A stretch of 64,000 nt of DNA. Source: Alphaproteobacteria bacterium (GTDB lineage Bacteria; Pseudomonadota; Alphaproteobacteria; GCA-2731375). The position numbers were made by a program, and so were the translations under genes. How positions within the stretch are numbered: position 1 is the stretch's first letter; every line of letters begins with the position of its first letter. Positions 16,659-26,981 of this stretch are shown piece after piece. Below the pieces are notes generated by a model that saw only the letters and a program-made list of their open reading frames with translations, ran no database searches and had not been told where the DNA came from. The stretch covers positions 4,256,001 to 4,320,000 of the forward strand of contig CBDDPY010000002.1 in assembly GCA_965232515.1 (NCBI GenBank), in the 5' to 3' direction.

Positions 16659-17882
16659 CTACAACGCCACGCCGCGGATCAGTTTCGGCAGGTCGCCGGT
16701 CATGGCGGCGGCGCGGCGTTCGAAGAAGCGTTTCAGCGGCGGGGCACGGTTGACGATGCCGAGGCCGAGGTCGCGGGCGAGGCGCACGGGCGTGATGTCG
16801 TTCGAGAACAGCCGGTTCAGGCCGTCGGTCATCACCAGCATGGTGAAGGAGTCCCAGCGCCGCCATTGCTGATAGCGCTGCAGCACGTCGTCGCCGCCAT
16901 GGTCGAGGCCGAGCCGCGCCGAGTCGATGACGATCTCGGCCAGGCAGGCGACGTCGCGCAGGCCGAGGTTGAGGCCCTGCCCCGCGATCGGGTGCATGGA
17001 GTGCGCCGCGTCGCCGACCAGCGCCAGCCGTCGGTCGACATAGCGTTCGGCGTTCTGCAGGCCGAGCGGGTAGCGCCAGCGCGGACCGTCGTTTTCGATT
17101 CGACCGAGATGATCGCCGGCCCGGGCCGCGATCTCGGCGTCGAAGGCGGCATCGTCGAGCGCCAGCATGGCGTCGGCCAGTTCCGCGCGTTCGGTCCAGA
17201 CCAGCGACGAACGGTTGCCCCGCATGGGCAACAGCGCGAACGGCCCGGCCGGCAGGAAATGCTCCTTGGCGACGCCGTGATGCGGCCGCTCGTGCGTCAC
17301 CGTGCAGACAATCGCCGTCTGCGGATAGTTCCAGGCGATGTTCCGGATACCGGCGGCCTGGCGCTGCGGCGAACCGCGCCCGTCGGCCGCGGCGGCGAGC
17401 GGCGCCGAGATGCGGCGGCCATCGTCCAGCACCGCCATCACATGCCCGCCCTCGCGGTCGAGGTCGGTCACGGCGCAGGGCGCGAACAGCGCGATGTTCT
17501 TCTGCGCCCGCACCGCCTTCAGGAGCGCGATGCGCAGGAACCGGTTTTCGACCATGAAGCCGAACGGCCGGTCGCCGACGTCGCGGTGATCGAAATGCAG
17601 GAACAGCGGCGCGGCGCCGTCGGAAACGCGGATATCCAGAATCGGCTCGGCCTCGTCGGCCAGATGCCGCCAGACGCCCAGCGTGTCGAACAGCGCGTGG
17701 CTGCCGTAGGAGATCGAGCTGACCCGGCCGTCGAAGGCCGGCGTCGTCGTGCTGTCCGGCGCCTGCAGGTCGACCACCGCCACCCGCATGCCGGCCCCGG
17801 CGGTCGCCAGCGCCAGCGTCATGCCGATCATGCCGCCGCCGACGATCAGCAGATCCGCATCCATGCGTCCGTTCGTGCTCAT
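16659..17882 (-). CDS. ubiH: UbiH/UbiF family FAD hydroxylase (ubiquinone biosynthesis)
   Basis: IVGGGMIG, AADG, LVGDAAHSMHPIAGQGLNLGLRD. Confidence 0.88.
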   Translation of the reverse strand: MSTNGRMDADLLIVGGGMIGMTLALATAGAGMRVAVVDLQAPDSTTTPAFDGRVSSISYGSHALFDTLGVWRHLADEAEPILDIRVSDGAAPLFLHFDHRDVGDRPFGFMVENRFLRIALLKAVRAQKNIALFAPCAVTDLDREGGHVMAVLDDGRRISAPLAAAADGRGSPQRQAAGIRNIAWNYPQTAIVCTVTHERPHHGVAKEHFLPAGPFALLPMRGNRSSLVWTERAELADAMLALDDAAFDAEIAARAGDHLGRIENDGPRWRYPLGLQNAERYVDRRLALVGDAAHSMHPIAGQGLNLGLRDVACLAEIVIDSARLGLDHGGDDVLQRYQQWRRWDSFTMLVMTDGLNRLFSNDITPVRLARDLGLGIVNRAPPLKRFFERRAAAMTGDLPKLIRGVAL

Positions 17883-17966
17883 AACGATAGAAGTGCCGCG
17901 CCCGCCCGCCGATGTCCAGCCGTCGACGCGCGATAGATTGTCGCGACCGGCGGCATTTCACCGATT

Positions 17967-18495
<529 letters not shown>

Positions 18496-18523
18496 GAACG
18501 CGCAACAAGGAGGCGAAAAACAG

Positions 18524-19855
18524 ATGATAATCCGTCAGCGACAGATAACGGCGCTTGCGATTGCGGCGATCGCGGCCGTGGGCCTGGCCGGGCCGGCGCA
18601 GGCCGCGGTCGAGGCCGAGACGGCCTATGTCTTCAACAGCTTCTCGTTCCTGGTGCACGGCTTTCTGGTGATGTGGATGGCCGCCGGCTTCTGCATGCTG
18701 GAAGCGGGTCTGGTGCGCTCGAAGAACGTGGCGACGATGTGCGTGAAGAACATCTCGCTCTATTCCGTGGCCGGCATCATGTATTTCCTGGTCGGCTACA
18801 ACCTGATGTATGACGGCGTCGACGGCGGCTTTCTCGGTTCGTTCTCGTGGTGGAGCGCCGACGACACGGCCGCGCTGGAAGGCACCGACTTCGGCGACGG
18901 CGCCGGCTATTCGGCGACATCGGACTGGTTCTTCCAGATGGTGTTCGTCGCGACCGCGGCCTCGATCGTCTCGGGCTGTCTCGCCGAGCGCATCAAGGTC
19001 TGGCCGTTCCTGGCCTTCGTCGTCGTGCTGACGGCGATCATCTACCCGATCCAGGGCTCCTGGCAGTGGGGCGGCGGCTGGCTGTCGGAGCTCGGCTTCG
19101 CCGACTTCGCCGGCTCGACGCTGGTGCACTCGACCGGCGGCTGGGCGGCGCTGGCGGGCGCGATCATCCTGGGTCCCCGCAAGGGCAAGTACGACGCCCA
19201 GGGCAACGTGCATCCGCTGCCGGGCTCGAGCCTGCCGTTGGCGACGCTGGGGACGTTCATTCTCTGGCTCGGCTGGTTCGGCTTCAACGGCGGCTCGCAG
19301 CTCGCCATGGGCTCGGCGGCCGACGTCGTGGCGATCGCCAACATCTACGCCAACACCAACCTGGCCGCGGCCGGCGGCGTGGTCGGCGCGATGATCGTCA
19401 GCCAGCTGGTCTACCGCAAGATCGACCTGACCATGGCCCTGAACGGCGCCATCGCCGGCCTGGTCTCGATCACGGCCGGCCCGGACACGCCGTCCATGGG
19501 CGCCGCTGTTCTGATCGGCGCGGTCGGCGGCGTGTTGGTGGTGTTCGCGATCCCGCTGTTCGACAAGTTCAAGATCGACGACGTCGTGGGCGCGATCTCG
19601 GCCCACCTGGTGGCCGGCATCTGGGGCACCATGGTGGTGCCGGTGACCAACGGCGACGCCACGTTCTGGGCGCAGTTCGTCGGCGTGATCTCGATCGGCG
19701 CCTTCGTCTTTATCCTCAGCCTGATCGTCTGGACGGTGCTGAAGTTCACCGTCGGCATTCGTCTTGACGAGGAAGCCGAGGAAATGGGCGGCGACCGCTC
19801 GGAACTGGGCCTGGAAGCCTATCCCGAGTTCGGCCGCGGCTCGCAAACCATCTGA
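18524..19855 (+). CDS. amtB: Ammonium transporter
   Basis: FFQMVF, DFAGSTLVH, LGWFGFNGGS, DDVVGAISAH. Confidence 0.96.
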   Translation: MIIRQRQITALAIAAIAAVGLAGPAQAAVEAETAYVFNSFSFLVHGFLVMWMAAGFCMLEAGLVRSKNVATMCVKNISLYSVAGIMYFLVGYNLMYDGVDGGFLGSFSWWSADDTAALEGTDFGDGAGYSATSDWFFQMVFVATAASIVSGCLAERIKVWPFLAFVVVLTAIIYPIQGSWQWGGGWLSELGFADFAGSTLVHSTGGWAALAGAIILGPRKGKYDAQGNVHPLPGSSLPLATLGTFILWLGWFGFNGGSQLAMGSAADVVAIANIYANTNLAAAGGVVGAMIVSQLVYRKIDLTMALNGAIAGLVSITAGPDTPSMGAAVLIGAVGGVLVVFAIPLFDKFKIDDVVGAISAHLVAGIWGTMVVPVTNGDATFWAQFVGVISIGAFVFILSLIVWTVLKFTVGIRLDEEAEEMGGDRSELGLEAYPEFGRGSQTI

Positions 19856-19902
19856 GTGGGGGGTCGTGACCCAGCGACCTGCTGTAATGTAGCGTAGCGT
19901 AC

Positions 19903-19938
19903 CGGCCCGGGCGGCATTACCGCCCGGGCCGTTTTTTT
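19903..19938 (+). terminator. Rho-independent terminator after amtB
   Basis: CGGCCCGGGCGG-catta-CCGCCCGGGCCG-T7. Confidence 0.92.
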
Positions 19939-19957
19939 AGGTCGGCCTTGCGGCTTG

Positions 19958-20117
19958 GCTCGACCCGTCCCCTTGACGTGGTTGTCACGCCCGAAGGGCG
20001 CTGGACAACCGAGCCAGCGTCGGCTTCGCCGACGCGCTCGGCACGACAAGCCCCACCCGACCACCCATCAAGCATACTTCCGTGGGTGGTCGGGTGTGGG
20101 AGTGGGATGGGTCGAGC
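19958..20117. repeat. Multi-hairpin structured intergenic element
   Basis: Closing IR GCTCGACCCGTCCC/GGGATGGGTCGAGC (13/14 match) enclosing three hairpins. Confidence 0.6.
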
Positions 20118-20135
20118 ATTTGCCCACAGGCAATC

Positions 20136-20300
20136 CGAATCGCTTTGCGATTCGCGAACAAAGCGGGAATCCGATTCGGCGTGGTTGCGACGCTGGATTC
20201 ACGTCGACACCCAACCCCTTGTGAGGCAAGGCGAACGCCGATACATTATCTGCCATCGTTTTTGAAATGTTCTAATCTGCGCGAATCGGTTGGCGAATCG
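20136..20300. promoter_or_regulatory. Cluster of GANTC (CcrM) sites
   Basis: Seven GANTC sites at 20137, 20149, 20167, 20173, 20196, 20283 and 20295. Confidence 0.6.
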
Positions 20301-20302
20301 GC

Positions 20303-21493
20303 ATGATCAATCCCCGGCTGGCCCTGCTGCCCGACTATCCGTTCGAGCGCCTGCGCGGTCTGTTGGACCCGCTGACGCCGCCAGCGGACATCAGGCCCAT
20401 CGTCATGAGCCTGGGCGAGCCGCAGCACGCCTATCCCGACCTGGTGGCCGAGACGCTGGCCGCGAACAGCCATCTTTATGGAAAGTATCCGCCGGTCGCC
20501 GGCACGCCGGAATTCCGCGCCGCCGTGCACGACTGGCTGGTCCGGCGCTATGACCTACCCGACGACATGTTGGACGCCGACCGCCATATCGCGCCGGTGG
20601 CGGGCACGCGGGAAGCGCTGTTCATGTGCGCGTTTTTGGCGGTGCCGCCGGAAAAGGCCGGCGCCCAGCCGCTGGTCCTGATGCCGAACCCCTTTTACCA
20701 GTGCTACGCCGGCGCGGCGGTGGCGGCGGGCGCGACGCCTGTGTTCCTACCAGCGAGCGCCGAGACCGGATTTCTGCCGGATCTGTCGGCTTTGTCGGCG
20801 GAAACGCTTGAGCGCACGGCGCTATTCTATCTCTGCACGCCCGGCAATCCGCAGGGCGCCATCGCCGACCTCGATTACATGAGCGAAGCCCTGCGTCTCG
20901 CCCGGGAATACGACTTCGTGCTGGTGCTGGACGAGTGTTACGCCGAGATCTACACCGACGCGCCCCCGCCCGGCGGGTTGCAGGCCTGCGCCGGGATGGG
21001 CGGAAGTCTGGACCACGTGCTGGCATTTCATTCGCTATCGAAGCGCTCGAACGTGCCGGGCCTGCGCTCGGGCTTTGTCGCCGGCGACGCCGACCTGATC
21101 AAATTGCTGCTGCGGTTGAAGGAATATGGCGGCAACCCGTCGCCGCTGCCGGTCTACGCGACGGCGACGGCGCTCTGGCGCGAGGAAAGCCATGTCGCGG
21201 CCAACCGCGCGCTCTATCGCGAGAAATTCGATATCTCGGACCGCATTCTCGGCAACCGCTTCGGCTATTACCGGCCGGCGGGCGGGTTTTTCCTCTGGCT
21301 CGACGTCGGCGACGGCGAGGCGGCGGCCCGCGATCTGTGGACGAAGGCGGCCGTGAAGGTGCTGCCGGGCGCTTATTTGTCACAGGCCGTCGATGGACAG
21401 CCCAACCCGGGCGCGGGCTATATTCGCGTCGCCATGGTGCATGACGCGGCGACCACGGCGGAAGCGCTCGCGCGCATCGCCGACGCCTTGTGA
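20303..21493 (+). CDS. dapC: Class I/II aminotransferase (succinyldiaminopimelate transaminase DapC-like)
   Basis: YPFERL, PNPFYQCY, PGNPQG, DECYAEIY, SLSKRSNVPGLRSG. Confidence 0.8.
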   Translation: MINPRLALLPDYPFERLRGLLDPLTPPADIRPIVMSLGEPQHAYPDLVAETLAANSHLYGKYPPVAGTPEFRAAVHDWLVRRYDLPDDMLDADRHIAPVAGTREALFMCAFLAVPPEKAGAQPLVLMPNPFYQCYAGAAVAAGATPVFLPASAETGFLPDLSALSAETLERTALFYLCTPGNPQGAIADLDYMSEALRLAREYDFVLVLDECYAEIYTDAPPPGGLQACAGMGGSLDHVLAFHSLSKRSNVPGLRSGFVAGDADLIKLLLRLKEYGGNPSPLPVYATATALWREESHVAANRALYREKFDISDRILGNRFGYYRPAGGFFLWLDVGDGEAAARDLWTKAAVKVLPGAYLSQAVDGQPNPGAGYIRVAMVHDAATTAEALARIADAL

Positions 21494-21524
21494 GCTGAGC
21501 CGGCACCGTTCAAGGAGTTTGTCC

Positions 21525-23900
21525 GTGGCGCAACGCAACGAAACCAGGCAGCGGGCGGTGTTCCTGCCCGAGGGAATGCGAGAGTTCATGCGCCGGCGCG
21601 CCGTCGAATTGCTGGGCCTTGGCCTGCTGGCGCTGGCCGGCGCGCTGGCGGCGGCGCTCGCCAGCTACAACCCGGCCGATCCGAGCTGGAGCACGGCGAC
21701 GGGCGCGGCGCCGACGAACTGGCTCGGCCTGCCCGGCGCGCATGCCGCCGACCTGATCCTGCAAACCTCGGGGTTGGCCGGCGTGCTGCCGGCGCTGGTG
21801 CTGGCGGCCTGGGCCTGGCGGGTGATCTCGCACCGGGGCCTGCCCATGTTCTGGCTCAGGCTGACGGCGCTGGTGCTGTGCCTGATCGCGGCGGCCACCT
21901 TCGCCTCGGCCCTGCCGGCGCCGTCGGCCTGGCCGCTCGCGACCGGCCTCGGCGGCTTCTACGGCGATCTGTTTCACAACGGCGCGGCGCGGGCGCTGGC
22001 GGCGTTCGGCCTCGACACCTGGCCCTACACCATCGTGGTGGCCACCGGCGTGATCGCGCTGGCGCTGCTGCTGTTCGTGCTGTCGATCAGCCTCGCCGAC
22101 TGGGGCGCGGCCGGCCGCGGCGGTCTGTGGGCGACGAAAACCGCCGGCCGCGGCGTGCAGACGGCGGGCGCCACGCTGGCCCGGATCGGCCGCGGCGCGG
22201 CGCGGCACGTGCGGCGCGAACCGCGGCTGGTGCCCGGCGATGCCGACGACGCGCCTGACCTGGACGAACGGCCGGAGCCGACCATGGCCCGCGCGGCGAA
22301 GCGCCGGGTGACGACGCCGGCGCGCAAGCCGAAGAAAAGCCGCCGCGCGCGGGCAGAAGAACAGCCGAAATTCAATCTCGGCAGCGAGGACGGCTATCAG
22401 CTGCCGCCACTGGCGCTGCTGCAGGAGCCGGGCGATCAGGCCCGGATCCGCCGCGTCAACGAGGAAGCGCTTGAGCAGAACGCGCGCCTGCTGGAATCGG
22501 TGCTGGACGACTACGGCGTGCGCGGCCGCATCATCAAGGTACGGCCCGGCCCGGTGGTGACGCTTTACGAGCTGGAGCCGGCGCCCGGCACCAAGACCAG
22601 CCGGGTGATCGGCCTCTCCGACGACATCGCCCGCTCGATGAGCGCGGTCAGCGTGCGCGTCGCGGTGGTGCCCGGCCGCAACGCCATCGGCATCGAGCTG
22701 CCGAACCAGGACCGCGAGACCGTGTACCTGCGCGAGCTGCTGGCGACCAGTGATTATGAATCCGCCAACGCCACATTGTCGCTGGCGCTGGGCAAGGACA
22801 TCAGCGGCGCGCCGATCATCGCCGACCTGGCGAAGATGCCGCACCTGCTGATCGCCGGCACCACCGGCTCGGGCAAGTCGGTCGCCATCAACACCATGAT
22901 CCTGTCGCTCTTGTACCGGCAGCCGCCGGAGCAGTGCCGGCTGATCATGATCGACCCGAAGATGCTGGAGCTGAGCGTCTACGACGACATCCCGCACCTG
23001 TTGACGCCGGTGGTGACCGACCCGGGCAAGGCGGTGGTGGCGCTGAAATGGACCGTGCGGGAGATGGAGAACCGCTACAAGGCCATGGCGCGGCTGACGG
23101 TGCGCAACATCGCCGGCTACAACCAGCGCCTGGCCCAGGCCAAGGCCAAGGGCGAGACGCTGACGCGCACGGTGCAGACCGGCTTCGACACCGAAACCGG
23201 CGAGCCGATCTTCGAAGAGCAAGAGCTCGACATGGAGCCGATGCCGCATATCGTCGTCGTGGTCGACGAGATGGCCGACCTGATGATGGTTGCCGGCAAG
23301 GACATCGAGGGCGCGATCCAGCGCCTGGCGCAGATGGCGCGCGCCGCCGGCATCCACATCATCATGGCGACGCAGCGGCCGTCGGTGGACGTGATCACCG
23401 GCACCATCAAGGCGAACTTCCCGACCCGGATCAGCTTCCAGGTCACCTCCAAGGTCGACAGCCGGACCATTCTGGGCGAACAGGGCGCCGAGCAGCTGCT
23501 GGGCCAGGGCGACATGCTGTACATGGCCGGCGGCGGCCGCATCACCCGCGTGCACGGGCCGTTCGTCTCGGACGGCGAGGTCGAGCAGGTTGTCGCCTAT
23601 CTGCGCGCCCAGGGCGAGCCGGAATACCTGTCGGCCGTGACCGAGGACCTGGAGCCCGAGGACGACGGCGGCATGGGCGCCGGGCCGGCCGGCGGCTCGG
23701 GCGACGCGCTGTTCGACCAGGCCGTCGACGTGGTCTCGCGGCACCAGAAGGCGTCGACAAGCTTCATCCAGCGCCACCTGCAGATCGGCTACAACCGCGC
23801 CGCCCGGCTGATGGAGCGCATGGAGGAAGAAGGCATCGTCGGCCCCGCCAACCATGTCGGCAAACGCGAGATCCACGTGCGCAAGCCGGACGAGTTTTAG
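21525..23900 (+). CDS. ftsK: DNA translocase FtsK
   Basis: N-terminal TMs, MPHLLIAGTTGSGKS, DEMADLM, ATQRPSVDVITG, gamma domain IGYNRAAR; GTG start after AAGGAG. Confidence 0.97.
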   Translation: MAQRNETRQRAVFLPEGMREFMRRRAVELLGLGLLALAGALAAALASYNPADPSWSTATGAAPTNWLGLPGAHAADLILQTSGLAGVLPALVLAAWAWRVISHRGLPMFWLRLTALVLCLIAAATFASALPAPSAWPLATGLGGFYGDLFHNGAARALAAFGLDTWPYTIVVATGVIALALLLFVLSISLADWGAAGRGGLWATKTAGRGVQTAGATLARIGRGAARHVRREPRLVPGDADDAPDLDERPEPTMARAAKRRVTTPARKPKKSRRARAEEQPKFNLGSEDGYQLPPLALLQEPGDQARIRRVNEEALEQNARLLESVLDDYGVRGRIIKVRPGPVVTLYELEPAPGTKTSRVIGLSDDIARSMSAVSVRVAVVPGRNAIGIELPNQDRETVYLRELLATSDYESANATLSLALGKDISGAPIIADLAKMPHLLIAGTTGSGKSVAINTMILSLLYRQPPEQCRLIMIDPKMLELSVYDDIPHLLTPVVTDPGKAVVALKWTVREMENRYKAMARLTVRNIAGYNQRLAQAKAKGETLTRTVQTGFDTETGEPIFEEQELDMEPMPHIVVVVDEMADLMMVAGKDIEGAIQRLAQMARAAGIHIIMATQRPSVDVITGTIKANFPTRISFQVTSKVDSRTILGEQGAEQLLGQGDMLYMAGGGRITRVHGPFVSDGEVEQVVAYLRAQGEPEYLSAVTEDLEPEDDGGMGAGPAGGSGDALFDQAVDVVSRHQKASTSFIQRHLQIGYNRAARLMERMEEEGIVGPANHVGKREIHVRKPDEF

Positions 23901-23938
23901 GGGGCAGCATTCGCGGTTCGGCCCGTTCCGTCACGCGG

Positions 23939-24029
23939 CCCTGGATCACCGGGTCGCGCCCGGTGATGACGAAAAGACTTGGCATTTCAACACCTTCGTC
24001 ATTGCCGGGCTTGACCCGGCAATCCAGGG
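23939..24029. repeat. REP-like palindromic doublet (GTCAT...ATCCA family)
   Basis: TGGATCACCGGGTCGCGCCCGGTGATGAC and an inverted GTCATTGCCGGGCTTGACCCGGCAATCCA. Confidence 0.8.
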
Positions 24030-24084
24030 AAGCGAACAAGACTGGTTCCTGGATGAACCCCATCCTATATATCAGCGCACTGTG

Positions 24085-24708
24085 ATGACCCTTCTTCGAA
24101 CGATCGGTGCCGCGCTGCTGGCGGTGCTGTTGAGCGGGCCGGCGCTGGCGGCGCTGTCCGAGCAGGACAAGGCCGACGTAGCGCGCGTCACCGACTATCT
24201 GCAGGACATCCGGTCGCTGAGCGCGCGCTTCGTGCAGATCGGGCCCAACGGCGAGCTGGCGAACGGCACGCTCTATCTGCGCCGGCCGGGGCGGCTGCGC
24301 TTCGAGTACAACCCGCCGACGCCGCTCTTGGTGGTGGCGGACGGCACCTGGCTCGTACTGCACGACACCGAGCTGGATCAGGTCAACCGCTGGCCGGTCT
24401 ACAAGACGCCGCTCGGCGTGCTGGTCGCCAAAAAAGTCGATCTGGAAGACAAAGTCGAAGTGGTGCGCGTGGCGCGGCGGCCGGGCGTGCTGAGCCTGAC
24501 CATCGTCGACCGCAGCGCGCCGGACGAAGGCGCCATCGAGCTGGTGTTCTCGGAACCGGCCCTGAGCCTGCGCCAGTGGCACGTGCGCGACGCCCAGGGC
24601 GGCATCACCAACGTGTCGCTGTCGGAGACCAAGCTGAACGTCGACCTGCCGCCGACGCTGTTTCATTTCGACCACTTCCGTTCTGAAACCGACCGCTTCC
24701 GCCGTTAG
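24085..24708 (+). CDS. lolA: Outer-membrane lipoprotein carrier LolA
   Basis: Signal peptide, ARFVQ, RPGRLRFEY, VVADG, TPL; downstream of ftsK. Confidence 0.9.
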   Translation: MTLLRTIGAALLAVLLSGPALAALSEQDKADVARVTDYLQDIRSLSARFVQIGPNGELANGTLYLRRPGRLRFEYNPPTPLLVVADGTWLVLHDTELDQVNRWPVYKTPLGVLVAKKVDLEDKVEVVRVARRPGVLSLTIVDRSAPDEGAIELVFSEPALSLRQWHVRDAQGGITNVSLSETKLNVDLPPTLFHFDHFRSETDRFRR

Positions 24709-24728
24709 CGGTGGAACAAAAAGGCTTT

Positions 24729-24814
24729 CACCACAAAGACGCAAAGACACAAAGATGGCCGGACGGTGGCGCGAGGGTGCAGCGTGATCTTGGTGTCTTT
24801 GCGTCTTTGTGGTG
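24729..24814. repeat. Inverted-repeat element (CACCACAAAGAC family)
   Basis: 28-bp arms with one mismatch: CACCACAAAGACGCAAAGACACAAAGAT / ATCTTGGTGTCTTTGCGTCTTTGTGGTG. Confidence 0.85.
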
Positions 24815-24858
24815 GGGGTTTGTTGCGCCGGCTAGCCGGCGCGTGTTAGCGAAGAAGC

Positions 24859-25656
24859 ATGACGAAACCCATGCTACGGCCGCTTGTCGGCATCAGCTGC
24901 AACCGGCAGGACGGCGACGAGGCCGGTTATCCGCGCCACGTGTCGAGCGAGAAATATATCGAGGCCGTGATCGACGCCGCCGGCGCTATGCCGGTGCTGC
25001 TGCCGGCGTTGGGCAACACGGCAGATATCGACGCGCTGCTGCATCGCCTGGATGGCATCGTGCTGACGGGCGGGGTCTCGAACGTCGAGCCACACCACTA
25101 TGACGGACCGCCGAGCCGCGACGGCACGCCACACGACCCGCACCGCGACGGCCTGACCCTGCGGCTGATCCGCGCCGCCATCGATGCCCATGTGCCGGTG
25201 CTGGGCATCTGCCGCGGCATCCAGGAGATGAACGTCGCCTTCGGCGGCAGCCTGCATCAGTATCTGCACGAGGTGCCGGGCCGGTTCGACCACCGGCGCG
25301 AGCGGCACAAGCCGCTGGACGAGCAACTGGCGCCAAGGCACAAGATCAGCCTGACGCCGGGCGGGCAGCTGGCCGAGCTGCTGAACGCGACCGAGGTCGT
25401 GGTCAACTCGCTGCATGGCCAGGGCATCGACCGGGTCGGCGACGGGCTGACGGTGGAGGCCGTGGCCGAGGACGGCACCATCGAGGCGCTAAGCCTGACC
25501 GACCGCAGCCGGTTCGCGCTGGGCGTGCAGTGGCACGCCGAGTGGCAGGCCGTGGAGACGCCGGTGCATGCCGCGATCTTCGGCGCGTTCGGCGACGCGG
25601 TCGGCACGTTCGCCGCGACACGGTCGGGTCATGGCCGACGTATCGAAGTGGCTTAA
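24859..25656 (+). CDS. puuD: Gamma-glutamyl-gamma-aminobutyrate hydrolase (peptidase C26)
   Basis: LGICRGIQEMNV, VNSLHGQG, GVQWHAE. Confidence 0.85.
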   Translation: MTKPMLRPLVGISCNRQDGDEAGYPRHVSSEKYIEAVIDAAGAMPVLLPALGNTADIDALLHRLDGIVLTGGVSNVEPHHYDGPPSRDGTPHDPHRDGLTLRLIRAAIDAHVPVLGICRGIQEMNVAFGGSLHQYLHEVPGRFDHRRERHKPLDEQLAPRHKISLTPGGQLAELLNATEVVVNSLHGQGIDRVGDGLTVEAVAEDGTIEALSLTDRSRFALGVQWHAEWQAVETPVHAAIFGAFGDAVGTFAATRSGHGRRIEVA

Positions 25657-26971
25657 GGACCGCCGCGTCACCGAGGTCGAATGCGTGGTGCCGGACCTGT
25701 CCGGCGTCGCCCGCGGCAAGATCCTGCCGACCGCGAAGTTCCGCCAGAGCCTGAAGGACGGCTCGCTGCGCCTGCCGGAAAGCGTGTTCGCGCAGACCGT
25801 GACCGGCGCCTTCGCGCCGTCCGACGTGATCGACCCGACCGAGCCCGACGTGATCCTGGCGCCGGACGCCGGCAGCATCCGCCTGGTGCCGTGGTACGAG
25901 GAGCCGACGGCGCTGGTGATCAACGATTGTCGATACCGCGACGGTGGCCCGGTGCCGTTCGCGCCGCGCCAGGTGCTGCGGCAGGTGCTGGCGGCCTACG
26001 AGAAACGTGGCTGGCGGCCAGTGGTGGCGCCCGAGCTGGAGTTCTTTCTTGTCGCCCGCAACGTCGATCCGGACTATCCGCTGGAGCCGCCGCTCGGCCG
26101 CTCGGGCCGGCCGGAGACCGGCAGCCAGTCCTACGGCATCGACGCGGTCAACGAATTCGATCCGATCTTCGAGGAGGTCTACGACTTCTGCGAGGCGCAA
26201 GAGATCGACATCGACACGCTGATCCACGAGGCCGGCTCGGCCCAGGTCGAGATCAACTTCAACCACGGCGACGCGCTGGCCATGGCCGACCAGGCCTTTC
26301 TGTTCAAGCGCGCCGTGCGCGAGGCGGCGCTGCGGCACGAGATCTACGCAACCTTCATGGCGAAGCCGATCGAGCGTCAGCCCGGCAGCGCCATGCACAT
26401 CCACCAGAGCGTGGTCGACGCGAAGACTGGGCGCAATCTTTTCGCCGGCAAGAGCGGCAAGAACACCAAGCTGTTCGAGGCGCATATCGCCGGCCTGCAG
26501 CGCTATCTGCCGGCGGCGATGCCGCTGGTGGCGCCGAACGTGAATTCCTATCGCCGGCTGGTGCCGGGCCTGGCGGCGCCGATCAACCTGCATTGGGGCG
26601 TCGAGAACCGCACCGCCGGCCTGCGCGTGCCGCACGGCAACGGCGAATCGCGGCGGGTCGAGAACCGGGTGCCCGGCGCTGACGCCAATCCCTATCTCGC
26701 CATCGCCGCCAGCCTGGCCTGCGGCTATCTGGGCATGGTCGAGGGATTGCGCCCGACCGCGCCGATGCAGCGCAGCGCGTACGAGCTGAAGTTCGCGCTG
26801 CCGCGCTATCTGCCGGACGCGCTCGCCAAGCTGCGCGCCAGCCGCGAGCTGCGCGCGCTGTTCGGCGAGGATTTCGTCAGCCTGCTGCTGGACGTGAAAG
26901 AGGCCGAGCTCAACGGCTACCAGAACGTCATCAGCGCCTGGGAACGCGAGCACCTGTTGCTGAACGTCTGA
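25631..26971 (+). CDS. Glutamine synthetase family gamma-glutamyl-amine ligase (PuuA/PauA-like)
   Basis: PDLSGVARGK, APELEFFL, HEAGSAQVEIN, FMAKP...GSAMHIHQS, RVENRVPGADANPY. Confidence 0.9.
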   Translation: MADVSKWLKDRRVTEVECVVPDLSGVARGKILPTAKFRQSLKDGSLRLPESVFAQTVTGAFAPSDVIDPTEPDVILAPDAGSIRLVPWYEEPTALVINDCRYRDGGPVPFAPRQVLRQVLAAYEKRGWRPVVAPELEFFLVARNVDPDYPLEPPLGRSGRPETGSQSYGIDAVNEFDPIFEEVYDFCEAQEIDIDTLIHEAGSAQVEINFNHGDALAMADQAFLFKRAVREAALRHEIYATFMAKPIERQPGSAMHIHQSVVDAKTGRNLFAGKSGKNTKLFEAHIAGLQRYLPAAMPLVAPNVNSYRRLVPGLAAPINLHWGVENRTAGLRVPHGNGESRRVENRVPGADANPYLAIAASLACGYLGMVEGLRPTAPMQRSAYELKFALPRYLPDALAKLRASRELRALFGEDFVSLLLDVKEAELNGYQNVISAWEREHLLLNV

Positions 26972-26981
26972 CGGTCCCGGA

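Noticed and set aside
20068-20256. 62-aa minus-strand ORF between amtB and dapC
   Set aside because: Overlaps hairpins and the GANTC cluster; no motif or host-like codon pattern.
21510-23876. 788-aa minus-strand ORF, and similar long antisense or alternate-frame ORFs over amtB, the GS-family gene, GMC and cnoX
   Set aside because: Shadows of well-supported genes caused by GC3 bias; R/G/A-rich or motif-free translations.
25631-26971. Calling this glnA
   Set aside because: Pairing with a PuuD-like hydrolase and its sequence features point to a gamma-glutamyl-amine ligase.
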